Below, one piece after another: positions 46,501 through 56,101 of a stretch of DNA of 64,000 nt; position 1 is the stretch's first letter; each line of letters opens with the position of its first letter. The stretch covers positions 212,069-276,068 of the forward strand of contig CBDAOG010000008.1 of NCBI GenBank assembly GCA_965197985.1, written 5' to 3'. This stretch comes from Dehalococcoidia bacterium. GTDB taxonomy: Bacteria > Chloroflexota > Dehalococcoidia > Lucifugimonadales > CAUZJF01. Under the pieces are notes generated by a model. It was not told the origin of the DNA, did not search any database, and saw only the letters and a program-made list of their open reading frames with translations. The translations under genes were made by a program, and so were the position numbers.

Positions 46501-48466
46501 TCACAACCCCACTTGACCGGCAAGGTCTTTAATACGACTGCGGAGGGTGTTACCCCGCTCCTCAATGAACTTCTCGAAGTCGCCTGGTGTAAACGGGTTT
46601 TTCATGAGGATGTCAAAGGCGCGGGCTGAGATGAAGTGCGACTCCAGTATCCTCATCACCTCATCTTTCCCATTGGTGGCGATAAGTTCCGGCAGGTACT
46701 CGTTGGGAAGACGATCCCTGATGACCTTGCGGTTGGTTTCGCTGGTTAGGGGTGTCCGGTTGAGTATCGTGTCAATAGAGGTGCTCAGCGCGTATTGGCT
46801 CCCAAGGCTCTTCGGCACGATGTGATGGTCATCAAGGTCGCCGTGCTGAGGAGCGTTACCAGATATCCAGTCGCGAGCACCGTTGAGGACCAACAGGTTA
46901 AATACGCCGTTGTAGACAGACGTTCCTCGCCGCGTCTCACGCCTGAGATCGAGATTGTCAATGTCTCTTTGGAACTCGGAAATCGACCCGGGTTCGGCGT
47001 TGTCGTCTACATACCAAGTCTTGATTTCCCTGTAATCTTGAGCGGCTGTGGATTCAACTGCTCCTGAATAGCGGTTGGTGAAGACGCTGGCCCAATACCA
47101 GAGACGTATCTTTCGCTGAGCATCGAGCCTCTGTTCGGCGGGAAGCTGACCGGCTTCGACCTGCAAGGCAGCGAAGGATGGCAGAATAGCTGCGTAGGGC
47201 AAGTATTGAGAAGATATTGCGCCAAATTTCCTGCGGGTGGCGCAGTAGATTGAGCGCCCGTTCTAGTGCCTCGACCGCTTCATGCCAGAGATTCTTGAAT
47301 TCGATAGGGTCAGCAACAAGCACCTCCGACCGGAGTGTGCCGTCCGGCCCACGCACCTGCCTTGAGCTACCAGGAATCAGGTTGTATAGATACTTCGGGG
47401 AACAGTAAGCCTGGCGAAGTATGGACATCACCTGAAGCACATACACGTTCATCCGCCCTGCCTCGGCAAACTCCAGACGAGGAGATGCATCTCTCCACAA
47501 GTCCTGCCTGAGTCGAATTTCCTTCGGCCTTAAGAGGGCGTTGAGGAGGTCGAAGATATCGAGTCTAACGCCCCGGCTGTTGATCTTTGTGAAGATATCG
47601 CAGACCTTGTCGAGTTCAAGGTCTCGATCCAACTCAATATACGAGATCTGGTACTGTTCCGTAATATCTTTCAAGTGCTCGCCAAACTTCTTGGCGTTCT
47701 CCGCCTGGAACGCGGCAGACTCGGCCTCAGTTCCTTCGAGTGTCTCCGCCGCTTCACGCCAGTGTTTCTCATAACCCTGTACCCAGTTAGGTAGTTCCCA
47801 GCCCCCTGCCCCGACTACGGAGAGCGGGAACATGTGTTCCTTGAACTGGCGCGTCCGATCACTCAGCAGATTCAGCCCCCTGCGAGTCCAGTCGTATATG
47901 AAGGCGTCATCGTATGCCTCATCCATGAAGCGATCGACCTTGATGAAGTAGAGGAATCGATTGCGACGGTTGGGTGCGGGCTTGTTGGGTGCCATGAACG
48001 AGTAATACATGATTCCCTCGTAAAAAACCGGTTTGAGGAAGTTCCAGCGATGTAGCACATGTGAGCGCTACCGTATGTTGGGGTAGGACACGGAACAGAG
48101 ACTGTATATTGTACCCAGGCAAGGGTACGGTTGTTCTAATTCGACCTGCACAGACTTTTTACGAGGGAATCAATACATGGCCGTGAGACGCTGCTGACCG
48201 TCCAAGACGATATCGGTTCGGCCATCACCACCCTCAAAGCCGTAGATCGCCTCACAGGAGAGTGCCTCAAAGTTTTCGTCTTTGCCCTTCCAAAGAAGAA
48301 GGCTACCGATGTAGTAGTCGCGGAAGATGGAACTCATTAGCTCTTTGATGTCCCACGGCTCCCATTCAAAGTCACGCTGGAAATCGGGGATCACGTACCG
48401 CCCCTCGCGCAAACGTCCGACCATGTTGGCGAGACTCACGTGGTCGGGTTTTTGTGAGTCCTTCAT
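46501..48466 (-). pseudogene. GmrSD-like type IV restriction enzyme (DUF262 + DUF1524), disrupted by a MITE and a 1-nt frameshift
   Basis: The DUF262 N-term contains DGQQRLTAMY and is then interrupted by the MITE at 48011..48171. It continues as YSFMAPNK.... A frameshift lies near 47228 (RHPQE / FGAISSQYLPY). DUF1524 motif DLDDHHIVPKS...NRTPLTSETNRK. Confidence 0.8.
48011..48171 (+). mobile_element. 161-bp MITE, complete copy, 7-bp TSD AATACAT
   Basis: TIRs are GATTCCCTCGTAAAAA / TTTTTACGAGGGAATC. AATACAT lies at 48004-10 and 48172-78. Confidence 0.85.
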
Positions 48467-48879
48467 GACGACTTACCTCCAGGATTCTCCACCAAGATTG
48501 CTCCCTGCATCCTGGCAAGTCTGCGGTCAAAGGTGTAGAGGGGCGTCGCTCCCACCCGTTCGGCCGCTGTAAGGATCATCAAGTCCGAAAACCCGGCGCC
48601 TCCTTGCCGATAGCGATGTGCAGCTGCGGCGACGTCAACAGAATTCTCGACGACGAGACTGTCTGAAGCTGTTAGGTCCATCAATGCCTCCGCGACTCGG
48701 GTTCGTGTGAAGCGGTAGCTCCGTTCCAGTACCCAGGCGACCTCTACGACGACCTCACGGCAAATGAATCCTGGATTACCGGGCGTCAGCCCGTCCAGCA
48801 ACGCGCGAGACGCCTCGGCGTGTTCAGCGTGGTCGCCCACCAAGTAGCGTACGATCACATTTGTGTCGAGCGCGGTCAT
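48463..48879 (-). CDS. vapC: PIN-domain toxin VapC
   Basis: MTALDTNVIVRYL...FSDLMILTAAERVGATPLYTFD shows PIN acidic residues. 4-nt overlap with the antitoxin gene. Confidence 0.85.
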   Translation of the reverse strand: MTALDTNVIVRYLVGDHAEHAEASRALLDGLTPGNPGFICREVVVEVAWVLERSYRFTRTRVAEALMDLTASDSLVVENSVDVAAAAHRYRQGGAGFSDLMILTAAERVGATPLYTFDRRLARMQGAILVENPGGKSS

Positions 48880-49109
48880 TCTTCGATTGCCGCCTCTGCG
48901 ATGGCACGGTCCATGTCTTCCAAGCTCACCGGCGGGCCGTCGTACTTGAGGCTACCGAACAGTCGGCTGGTGGACCGCACAGGCATTATCAGCACCCCCT
49001 CGTCCAGAATGACATAGCGGACCCTATCCCCTGCCTTCACTGCCAGCGAATCCCTGACGGCTTTGGGCAATGTGGTCTGGCCCTTCACGGTTATGCTGGA
49101 TTCAAACAT
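48876..49109 (-). CDS. vapB: AbrB/MazE/SpoVT-type antitoxin (VapB-like)
   Basis: ITVKGQTTLPKAVRDSLAVKAGDRVRYVI is a swapped-hairpin AbrB-type motif. Confidence 0.8.
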   Translation of the reverse strand: MFESSITVKGQTTLPKAVRDSLAVKAGDRVRYVILDEGVLIMPVRSTSRLFGSLKYDGPPVSLEDMDRAIAEAAIEE

Positions 49110-49555
49110 TGAAAATGCTCCTTTACCTCAAAGAGTGGCCATTGGCCTTACATTATGGCGGTCGGTAATGCCTTTGGCAATAGTGCTAGCTTGTTTTGGT
49201 TTGAGTAGGCCGTTTCTGAGTCATGGCGATCCATCCACCCAATACCACCCCCCTCCCCCCCATGCATTCGTCATTGTCTACGGGCTTTTGACCGAGCCCT
49301 CTGGCACGCGTGGTTGAGCGGCTTGTGTCGTTTGGGAAGTGGAGTGATAAAGCGAAGGCAGCGAGGGATCGGCACGTCCTGAGGAGGGTCGCGTCGCTGG
49401 GAATGCACTCGGGACCACCTCTCCTGTGCCAGAGGCTTGGCTGCACGAACGAATGGCCCCTGCTCTAGAGAACAGGGGCCTCGTTTCCATGGGATGGGAA
49501 GCTGGCCCAGCCTACAGGTTCAAGGTGAGCGTCAATGTGAAAGTTCTTGATTTTG

Positions 49556-50008
49556 TCAAGCGTGGTGGACCGACCTTCCCTCTTCCAAAAGCCTTATCAC
49601 ACTGGGCCAACTAAGCCTGGAGCGCGACTTATGGTACCAGCGGTAAGCCTCGCCTTCCCAGCGGTTGTCGTAGTCGTGACCGGTGCGTCCCGCCGACCCC
49701 ACATTCGCAACAATCAGAACCTCGGCCTGATGCTCCACAATACCTGATTCTCTCGTAAAAAGTCTGTGTAGGTCGAATTAGAACAAACGTACCCACACCT
49801 GGGTACAATATACAGTCTCTGTTCCGTACACTACCCCAACATACGGTAGCGCGCAGATGTGCTAAATCGCTGGAACTTCCTCAAACCGGGTTTTTACGAG
49901 GGAATCAATACCTGTGTCCCAATTTCCACCCTTTGCATCGCGGGGCAGTCCGGCTGGTTCCTTCACATCCGCCCTCGTGTACTTGTCGCCTGCTTCGAAA
50001 GTTGACAT
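49556..50008 (-). pseudogene. Small (~94 aa) hypothetical gene split by a MITE
   Basis: MSTFEAGDKYTRADVKEPAGLPRDAKGGNWDTGI | MITE | VEHQAEVLIVANVGSAGRTGHDYDNRWEGEAYRWYHKSRSRLSWPSVIRLLEEGRSVHHA. The frame is continuous once the MITE plus one TSD is removed. Confidence 0.55.
49746..49906 (-). mobile_element. 161-bp MITE, complete copy (inverted orientation), 7-bp TSD AATACCT
   Basis: AATACCT lies at 49739-45 and 49907-13. The TIRs are as in the other copies. Confidence 0.85.
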
Positions 50009-50204
50009 GTTCGATCGTCATCATTCGTCAGGTAACGGGATTGGCACGGAACAACAACCTGGCCCATGTGATGGACGCGGGCTCCTTCCAATCTTTGCCG
50101 GCTCTACAGATCGGAGGTTGTTTCAGCCAGGTCCATCTCCCGGATGGCGTTGCCGCTTTTGGGCGATTCGCATAGCTATACCTTGACGTCGCTCGGGGCA
50201 ACGG

Positions 50205-50809
50205 ATGATGGGCGCGGCGTCAAATGGGAAAGAACCTAAGGAAAGAGTCAATCAGGCGCTATAGAGATCCGCTCAATCGGTTTTCGCGCCGGCTATACCA
50301 ATCCAGAAACCTTGGGAGCTCGAGGCTATCCCGCCAACGACCTGGTGCATCGGACGGCATGGCGCGAACTACTCGACGACGCGGCCAAGAAGAGGTTCAA
50401 GACCGTCGTGGTGTTCAAGTTGGACCGGGCGTTCAGGTCCGTCAAGCACATGCACGACACGTTGTCAGCCTGGGAGATGGTAGGCGTAGGCTTCCAGAGC
50501 ATGAGGGAGAACTTCGAGACCACCACCGCCGCAGGCCGGCTGATGTTGAACATCCTGGGCTCTCTGGCAGAGTTCGAGTTGGAGCTGATCCGCGAGCGTG
50601 TGAAGGCGGGGATGGACAGGGCTCGCCGACAGGGCAAGCGAATAGGGCGTCCCAGGGTAACGGACCGGCGAGGCTTCGATCGTCGTTTTGGAGCTATTTT
50701 GGAGCGCCTAAGCTCGGGAGAACTATCGAGACGTAAGGCGGCGTTTGAACTGGGTATCGGCTATGCAACGCTCAAACGCCTGATCGACGCACAAGAGTCG
50801 GCTGGCTAG
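50205..50809 (+). pseudogene. Small serine recombinase (resolvase/invertase) with degenerate/frameshifted catalytic N-terminus
   Basis: From 50240 the frame reads ...FKTVVVFKLDRAFRS...ENFETTTAAGRLMLNILGSLAEFELELIRERV...GRP plus an HTH. No in-frame ATG/GTG lies before TTG 50312. No Y-x-R-V-S-T-x-x-Q block is seen; a possible remnant (MMGAASNGKEPKERVNQ) is in another frame. Confidence 0.7.
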
Positions 50810-50865
50810 GTGGCTGCCTTGGAAACGCCTGTACATCCACAAAACGTGCCTCAAAACGGGTTGAC

Positions 50866-50887
50866 GTGTATACGTTCCCGTATACAC
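50866..50887. promoter_or_regulatory. Mirror copy of the 9-bp inverted repeat/promoter-like element upstream of the recombinase gene
   Basis: TTGACG(50861-66) tGTGTATACGttccCGTATACACt. Confidence 0.4.
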
Positions 50888-51018
50888 TGTACCGCCACAA
50901 ATCCGGGTGCTGCCAAATACGGTGAGACAGACCCCATCATGATCGATAACTTCCTTGAGACACTTGCCAATGTGGCCATGGCCGTTGCAGCCCGCAGGCC
51001 GAACGACGAGGACGAAGA

Positions 51019-52629
51019 ATGAGCGACGCGAACTCCCAGAGAGCTGTGGCCTACCTCAGGGTATCGTCTATCTCACAGGTGGACGGGCACTCTCTGAACG
51101 CCCAGGAGCGGCTCTTCAATCAGCTGTGTGAGAGCCGAGGCTGGGCGGCCGTCAGGGTCTATCGGGAAGAGGGCCAGTCGGCCCACTCAGAGTCGGTGAA
51201 GAAGCGCCCTATCTTCCGCCAACTGATGGAGGACGCCAGGAGGGATCAATTCGATATCGTCGTAGTCCATACCCTTGACCGATGGTCTCGCAACCTCAGG
51301 GTCACCCTGGAGTCGCTGGCCAACCTGGGCATGCACAACGTCGCTCTCGTCTCCATCACCGAGAACATCGACTACTCGACCCCTGAGGGGATGTTGACGA
51401 CTCAACTTCTGGGGTCCTTCGCCCAGTTCTTCTCCAACATGCTTGGCACTCACGTAAGCAAGGGTCTGGATGAGAGGGCCAATGAGGGCAGACACACCGG
51501 CGGCATCCCGTTTGGATACGAATCCTGCTGGATGAGCCAGGACGGAGAGCGCAGGCGCAGATGCCCAAAAGAGCATTCCGGGGGCGTTCATCTTATTGCG
51601 TCCGAGGTTGCCGCGGTCCAGGAGATGTTCAAACGGTACTCGACGGGATCGACCACACTAAGCCAGCTCGCCGCGTGGCTGAACGCGAGCGGCTTACGGA
51701 CTCGCAACACCAAGCAGCTGGCAGGCGCTGATGGCAAGCTCTCGCCCGGTCCGAAGCTATTTACCACTGCCTCAGTGAGGGGCATCCTCCATAACGCTTT
51801 CTACTCGGGTCTTGTCAGGCACAGGAAACAACTCCGACCGGGAGCCCACGAGCCAGTCGTCGGCCAGGAGCTCTTCGATCTGGTCCAGGACAAGATGCGG
51901 CACAACAGCGGCAGATCAACGACCCTGAGCCCTCACCCTGAGCGTGACTATCTTCTGAAAGGGATCATCCGTTGCGCCTACTGCAAGATGCCGATGTGGG
52001 CACAGACCTATAAAAGCGGAAGAAGGTACTACCGTGAGCACAGGGAGTCTCGCAGTAACACCCAATGCCCAGCTCACGATGGCTCGATACCGTGCCGCCT
52101 GGCTGATGAGCAGGTCGGAAGGATCGTCGAGGCCATCGAGTTGGGACCTGCATGGCAAGAGCAGCTCCTCTCGATAATCAGCGCCAGGGACGAGGTCGAA
52201 GTAGTCCAAGCCAAGCGGCGAAAGGTCCAGGAGAGGCTTCGGAGACTCGCCAAGACCTATGTCGATGGAGTTTATGATGACCAGGAGTATAAGCGGCAGA
52301 AGCGGAACCTGGAGATGGAGCTCGAGTCCCTCGTTGTGCCAAAGGCTGCCGCTGCCGCAGAGGCGGGGAAGCTGATAGAGAGGCTGCCTGAGCTATGGGC
52401 TGGAGCCAACATGGAAGAGCGTCGGAAGCTGTTGCTTGCCATGCTGGACGCCGTTTACGTTGACACGAAAGACGCCCGTTCGGTCGTCGCCATCAAGCCC
52501 AAAGCTCCGTTCAGGCCGGTCTTCCATCTGGCAACCACACGTGCCGGCTCCGGCGTATCTCTTACGCCTGGTCCTGACCGGAAACAACAGGAACGTACCG
52601 AGCGCGTGTTCGAGGCCGCCTTCTCATAG
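51019..52629 (+). CDS. Large serine recombinase (536 aa), identical in protein sequence to 42545..44155
   Basis: The protein string is the same as the left-arm copy. Only two nucleotide differences were noticed, both synonymous (ACC/ACA Thr, GGT/GGA Gly). Confidence 0.9.
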   Translation: MSDANSQRAVAYLRVSSISQVDGHSLNAQERLFNQLCESRGWAAVRVYREEGQSAHSESVKKRPIFRQLMEDARRDQFDIVVVHTLDRWSRNLRVTLESLANLGMHNVALVSITENIDYSTPEGMLTTQLLGSFAQFFSNMLGTHVSKGLDERANEGRHTGGIPFGYESCWMSQDGERRRRCPKEHSGGVHLIASEVAAVQEMFKRYSTGSTTLSQLAAWLNASGLRTRNTKQLAGADGKLSPGPKLFTTASVRGILHNAFYSGLVRHRKQLRPGAHEPVVGQELFDLVQDKMRHNSGRSTTLSPHPERDYLLKGIIRCAYCKMPMWAQTYKSGRRYYREHRESRSNTQCPAHDGSIPCRLADEQVGRIVEAIELGPAWQEQLLSIISARDEVEVVQAKRRKVQERLRRLAKTYVDGVYDDQEYKRQKRNLEMELESLVVPKAAAAAEAGKLIERLPELWAGANMEERRKLLLAMLDAVYVDTKDARSVVAIKPKAPFRPVFHLATTRAGSGVSLTPGPDRKQQERTERVFEAAFS

Positions 52630-53271
52630 CTGCGGCTCGGTCCTGTCCGTTCCACCCGCCATAGCGAAGCACCGCCCCAGCCTGCTGTTCCGCACCTGCT
52701 ATAGTACCTATGCTCCAAAAGGGGGCCGTCTTGCGTCGTAGCTACCACGAGCCGTAATATCAGCCGTACCAAAAGGACTCCCTTTCTGGGCGTCTCATTG
52801 GATGGCGCTTCAGGTGATGTCATGGACCAGGCAGCAGGAGATCTCCAAAGATGACGCTGGGCCACGGCCGAAACATCGCGAGCGTCTCCTGGGGCGACCA
52901 CCTGACCTTCGGCGAGGCCGTCGGCCTGCTTGACACCCCCGACAAGCTCCGCCGCCGCCTGGAGGTCTGGCGCGACGAGTTCGGCACGGGGACCCTCCAC
53001 TGGAGACACGGTCGAGGCCAGAAGGCGACCTCGGATATCCCGTGTCGACGCAGCTGGCCGACGGAAGCATCCTTACCGTGTACTACATTACGGAGCCAGA
53101 CGGCATTACGCACGCAGCATGCTGCCGCTGGGAAGTCTAAGCACAGCCTCGATCCAGCGTTGCGCGGCCGGGTCAGACCAGGGTCACTCGAAAACGTTTG
53201 GCAGCTAGTGTTCGTGGTGGAGACGGGGGAGGGCCTACCTACACTTGGAACACGAGCTTCGACTTGCTGGC

Positions 53272-53454
53272 TTAGAGATTGACGGTGGCGTTGGAATTGT
53301 CGGCTCCGGCGGCCGGGGCCAAGGCCGCCATAGCCGCCTCCCACTTCGCCAGGTTGTTCGGATCGGCGTCCCATCGGTCGAAGGCCGCCAGCTCCGGCGG
53401 CATTTTGACGCGCTCCGAAGGATGCGAGTCTAGGATTTCGTCGCGGTTGGACAT
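53272..53454 (-). CDS. Small acidic hypothetical protein (60 aa), right-arm copy
   Basis: MSNRDEILDSHPSERVKMPPELAAFDRWDADPNNLAKWEAAMAALAPAAGADNSNATVNL. Same SD as the left-arm copy. Confidence 0.55.
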   Translation of the reverse strand: MSNRDEILDSHPSERVKMPPELAAFDRWDADPNNLAKWEAAMAALAPAAGADNSNATVNL

Positions 53455-53877
53455 GTAGCCCCTCCTTTGCAGGGGATGTGGCCCGGGCCACCACGCGGGT
53501 TTTTCAACGCTCTCGAAGGTACCGCAAACACCACCGCGAGTCTAGGATTCCGTCGCGGTTGGACATGCAACTCTCCTTGTAGGGGTATCGTGTAGGCGCA
53601 CCGTGGCCCGGGCCACGACGAGACCCACCACAATGATACCGAGCATCAAGGCGATCGAAGGGAGATCGCTGGACACGCTCAGTTGAACGGAATAGGCGGT
53701 TAGCCGAAAGGCGAATAGGCGGTCGAAGAGCTCCAGAAATGCAAACATGCAATGGTGCAAGCAATATGTAATGGGTGGATTTCTGCCTCTGGGGTGAGTA
53801 TATATCTACTACACCATGCAGTACGAGATCAGCGGGTCGGTGCTGGCAGGGCAGATCACAACCACGACCTGGGCGGG

Positions 53878-54446
53878 GGCTCCATCGAGGACCTGGGCCT
53901 GGTCCAGGGTGATCGGTGGGGCCGGCCGCGGCATCGGTGGGGCTGGCCAGTTCGCGTCGTGGACCAGGGCGGCTCAGCTCAGGACCTCGACCTGGGCGGA
54001 GGCAGCGGTGGCCCGGGCCCACGGTACCCCCCAGGCGTTCAACTCTGCGGTGGACCTGCCCAGGGCGCGCCTTGGGCGAAGGCAGCGGTCGATCGGGCCT
54101 GGGCGCGCCGTGGACCAGGGCGGCTCAGCTCGCGACGTCGGCCTGGGCGGTGGCTCCGTCGAGGACCTGGGCCTGGTCCAGGGCGATCGATGGGGCTGGC
54201 CGCGGCATCGGCGGAGCTGGCCAGCTCGCGTCGTGGACCAGGGCGGCTCAGCTCGCGGCATTCGCCTGGGCGGAGGCAGCGGTGGCCCGGGCCACGGTAC
54301 CCCCCCAGGCGTTCAACTCTGCGGCGGACCTGCCCAGGGCGCGCCTTGGGCGAAGGCAGCGGTCGATCGGGCCTGGGCGCGCCGTGGACCAGGGCGGCTC
54401 AGCTCGCGACGTCGGCCTGGGCGGTGGCTCCGTCGAGGACCTGGGC
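53878..54446. repeat. GC-rich tandem repeat, period 274 bp (sub-units ~123 + ~151 bp), about 2.1 units; left arm has only ~0.7 unit (41108..41295)
   Basis: The marker gtggaccagggcggctcagctc occurs at 53959, 54110, 54233 and 54384 (spacings 151/123/151). The units contain the palindrome GTGGCCCGGGCCAC. Confidence 0.85.
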
Positions 54447-54707
54447 ATGAACGCCTCCACTCTGGAGCGCATTCGCTTTGCTGCTGCCAACAGGCTGTGT
54501 GTCGACGTGGGTTACGAGGGGGACGTGCAAAGGGTGGAGCCATACTCACTGCGCAAGGCTCGCGGCGGCAATGTTGTGCTATATGCCTGCGAGGCCAGCT
54601 CCTCCGAATGTGCTACCTATCGAACTGGCGGCATTTCGGAGGTTGAGGTCACAAGGCAGACGTTCGTTCCGAAGTACGCCAACGAGCTGCTGTCGCCGGG
54701 CCGCTAG
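54436..54707 (+). pseudogene. Duplicated 3' end (WYL-like extension) of abiEii, no N-terminal toxin domain
   Basis: DLGMNASTLERIRFAAANRLCVDVGYEGDVQRVEPYSLRKARGGNVVLYACEASSSECATYRTGGISEVEVTRQTFVPKYANELLSPGR is near-identical to the C-terminus of 24111..25289. Confidence 0.85.
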
Positions 54708-55006
54708 GGTTGAACGGTCCGGTCAGCCAAATAAACTAGTGGTGCGAAATCTTTGAAATGAGGGACAGCCTGGATTGGTGAGAGCTCACGGCACCGGTGA
54801 GCCCCTTCCCCCGTCAAGGGGGAAGGTTGGGATGGGGGTGTCGAACAGCATTCGCGCTACCATTCATTGCTAGGATGTTGGGCCACTAGCCTGGAGAGCA
54901 TGGCCCCATGGCGTCGCCCAGACAGTGGCGTGATAGACTACAGCCCCATCCACATCTCGAAGATGGTTCTGCCTACCGTCAACTTAGGCCCACCAAACTG
55001 GACTCC

Positions 55007-56100
55007 TTATATCCGAACTTCCCACCGAAAAGTTCGCAATTCGGTACGTGTAGGCCCACCATGACGTACCGAATTCATAACTCGCCCATTCAGGGCGATC
55101 TCTGCGGCGTCCGCTCCCCCTATGGGAGAATCCTCCGGCGTCGGTATTGAGTAGACGATGGCGGCCCTGCCGGGCTTGACCACGACCTCCTTGACGAAGG
55201 AGCCGACGAAGGCTTTGGTCTCAGTCAGCTCGCTGGTCTTGAGGAACTCGCTCATCTCGGCGGCGAAGGCGGCGATGGTGTCGGCGCTGTCGAGGAACTG
55301 CCGCCTCTCTTTTAGCAGCGCCCTCGCCTCCTCTGTGGCGATCTCCAGCTTCTCCTTGCGCTCCCGGAGTTCCACGATGAGGTCCGAAGCCTCGGCCACG
55401 TCTACGCTGTCGCTCCTCGCTATGAAGTGCCAGACGCGGCCCAGTTGGTTCTTCACCTCCTCAAGCTCCCCGTCGATACTCTCCAGCCGCTCACGCTGCT
55501 CGCGGGCCACTCCGTCCATCTCCTCGTCCAGCAGCTTCACCAGGTCTCGGATGTTGGACTCGGTGAGGATGTTGGCGCGAATCTCATCGACGATGATCTT
55601 CTCGAATTTCTTGGCATTGAGCCTGGGGGTCTCGCAGGTGCCCTTGCCGCGCTTGAGCAGGGAGTGGCAGATGTAGTAGGTGTACTTGCCGCTCTTGGCC
55701 TCGGCTGCGGTCATGGCCTTGCCGCAGGTCTCGCACTTGGCGATGCCGCTGAGCAGGTAGGGGCTGGAGGCGCGGCGGGGGTTCACCTTCTTGGGGGCGC
55801 GGGAGCCGAGCAACCTCCTGGCCTTCTGGAAGTCCCGCTTGGAGACGATGGCGGGGTGTGCGTCCTCGACGCGCACGGGGGGAGCTCCGTCTTTGGCGTT
55901 GGCTCCCCAGACCACGGTGCCGGTGTAGGCCCGTCAACGACGCGCTCCCGCCCGGGCGTCACGTCGTCGGCCTCAATCACCGCTGCCCGTTCCAGCGGGA
56001 GCCGGAAGGTCCCGCCCTGGCTGTTCGCCTGTACGCCGTCAACAAGGCCGTGTCCTAAGCTGGCCCTGGCCATCTCCGCAAACGTCGCCGTCTTCTGTTC
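55007..56100 (-). pseudogene. Large serine recombinase lacking the catalytic resolvase domain and frameshifted near 55920
   Basis: VWGANAKDGAPPVRVEDAHPAIVSKRDF, Zn-ribbon CETCGKAM...YYICHS...GTCE, and a coiled coil are present. The upstream piece (MGKEQKTATFAEMARASLGHGLVDG...) is in another frame. No RVS(S/T)xxQ block is seen. Confidence 0.75.
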
Positions 56101-56101
56101 T

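Larger units (their letters stand above)
50434..54446. repeat. Right arm of the inverted duplication (longer than the left arm because of extra tandem-repeat units)
   Basis: Mirror of 41108..44740. The inner end is at caggtccgtcaagcacatgc (50434). The outer end is at the AGGACCTGGGC junction (54436-54446). Confidence 0.9.

Noticed and set aside
47054-48058. ORF starts MLHRWNFLKPVFYEGI..., MLKRWNFLKTGFYEGI... (61821..62570) and MSATVCWGRTRNRD... (60045..60413, 62573..62863)
   Set aside because: These N-termini are encoded by the 161-bp MITE itself, not by the host genes. The real genes are split by the insertions.
53878-54446. Regularly spaced GC-rich repeats considered as a CRISPR array
   Set aside because: The period is 274 bp with no unique spacers: the whole unit repeats. 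No cas genes are present.
53752-54646. ORFs 53752..54450, 53816..54646, 53916..54707 (and 40984..41427, 41061..41399, 41069..41359 in the left arm) as Gly/Arg/Pro-rich proteins
   Set aside because: The tandem-repeat period (274 bp) is not divisible by 3, so successive units are read in different frames. The arms differ by frame-breaking indels. Only the last ~90 codons of 53916..54707 (the abiEii-derived part) look like real protein.
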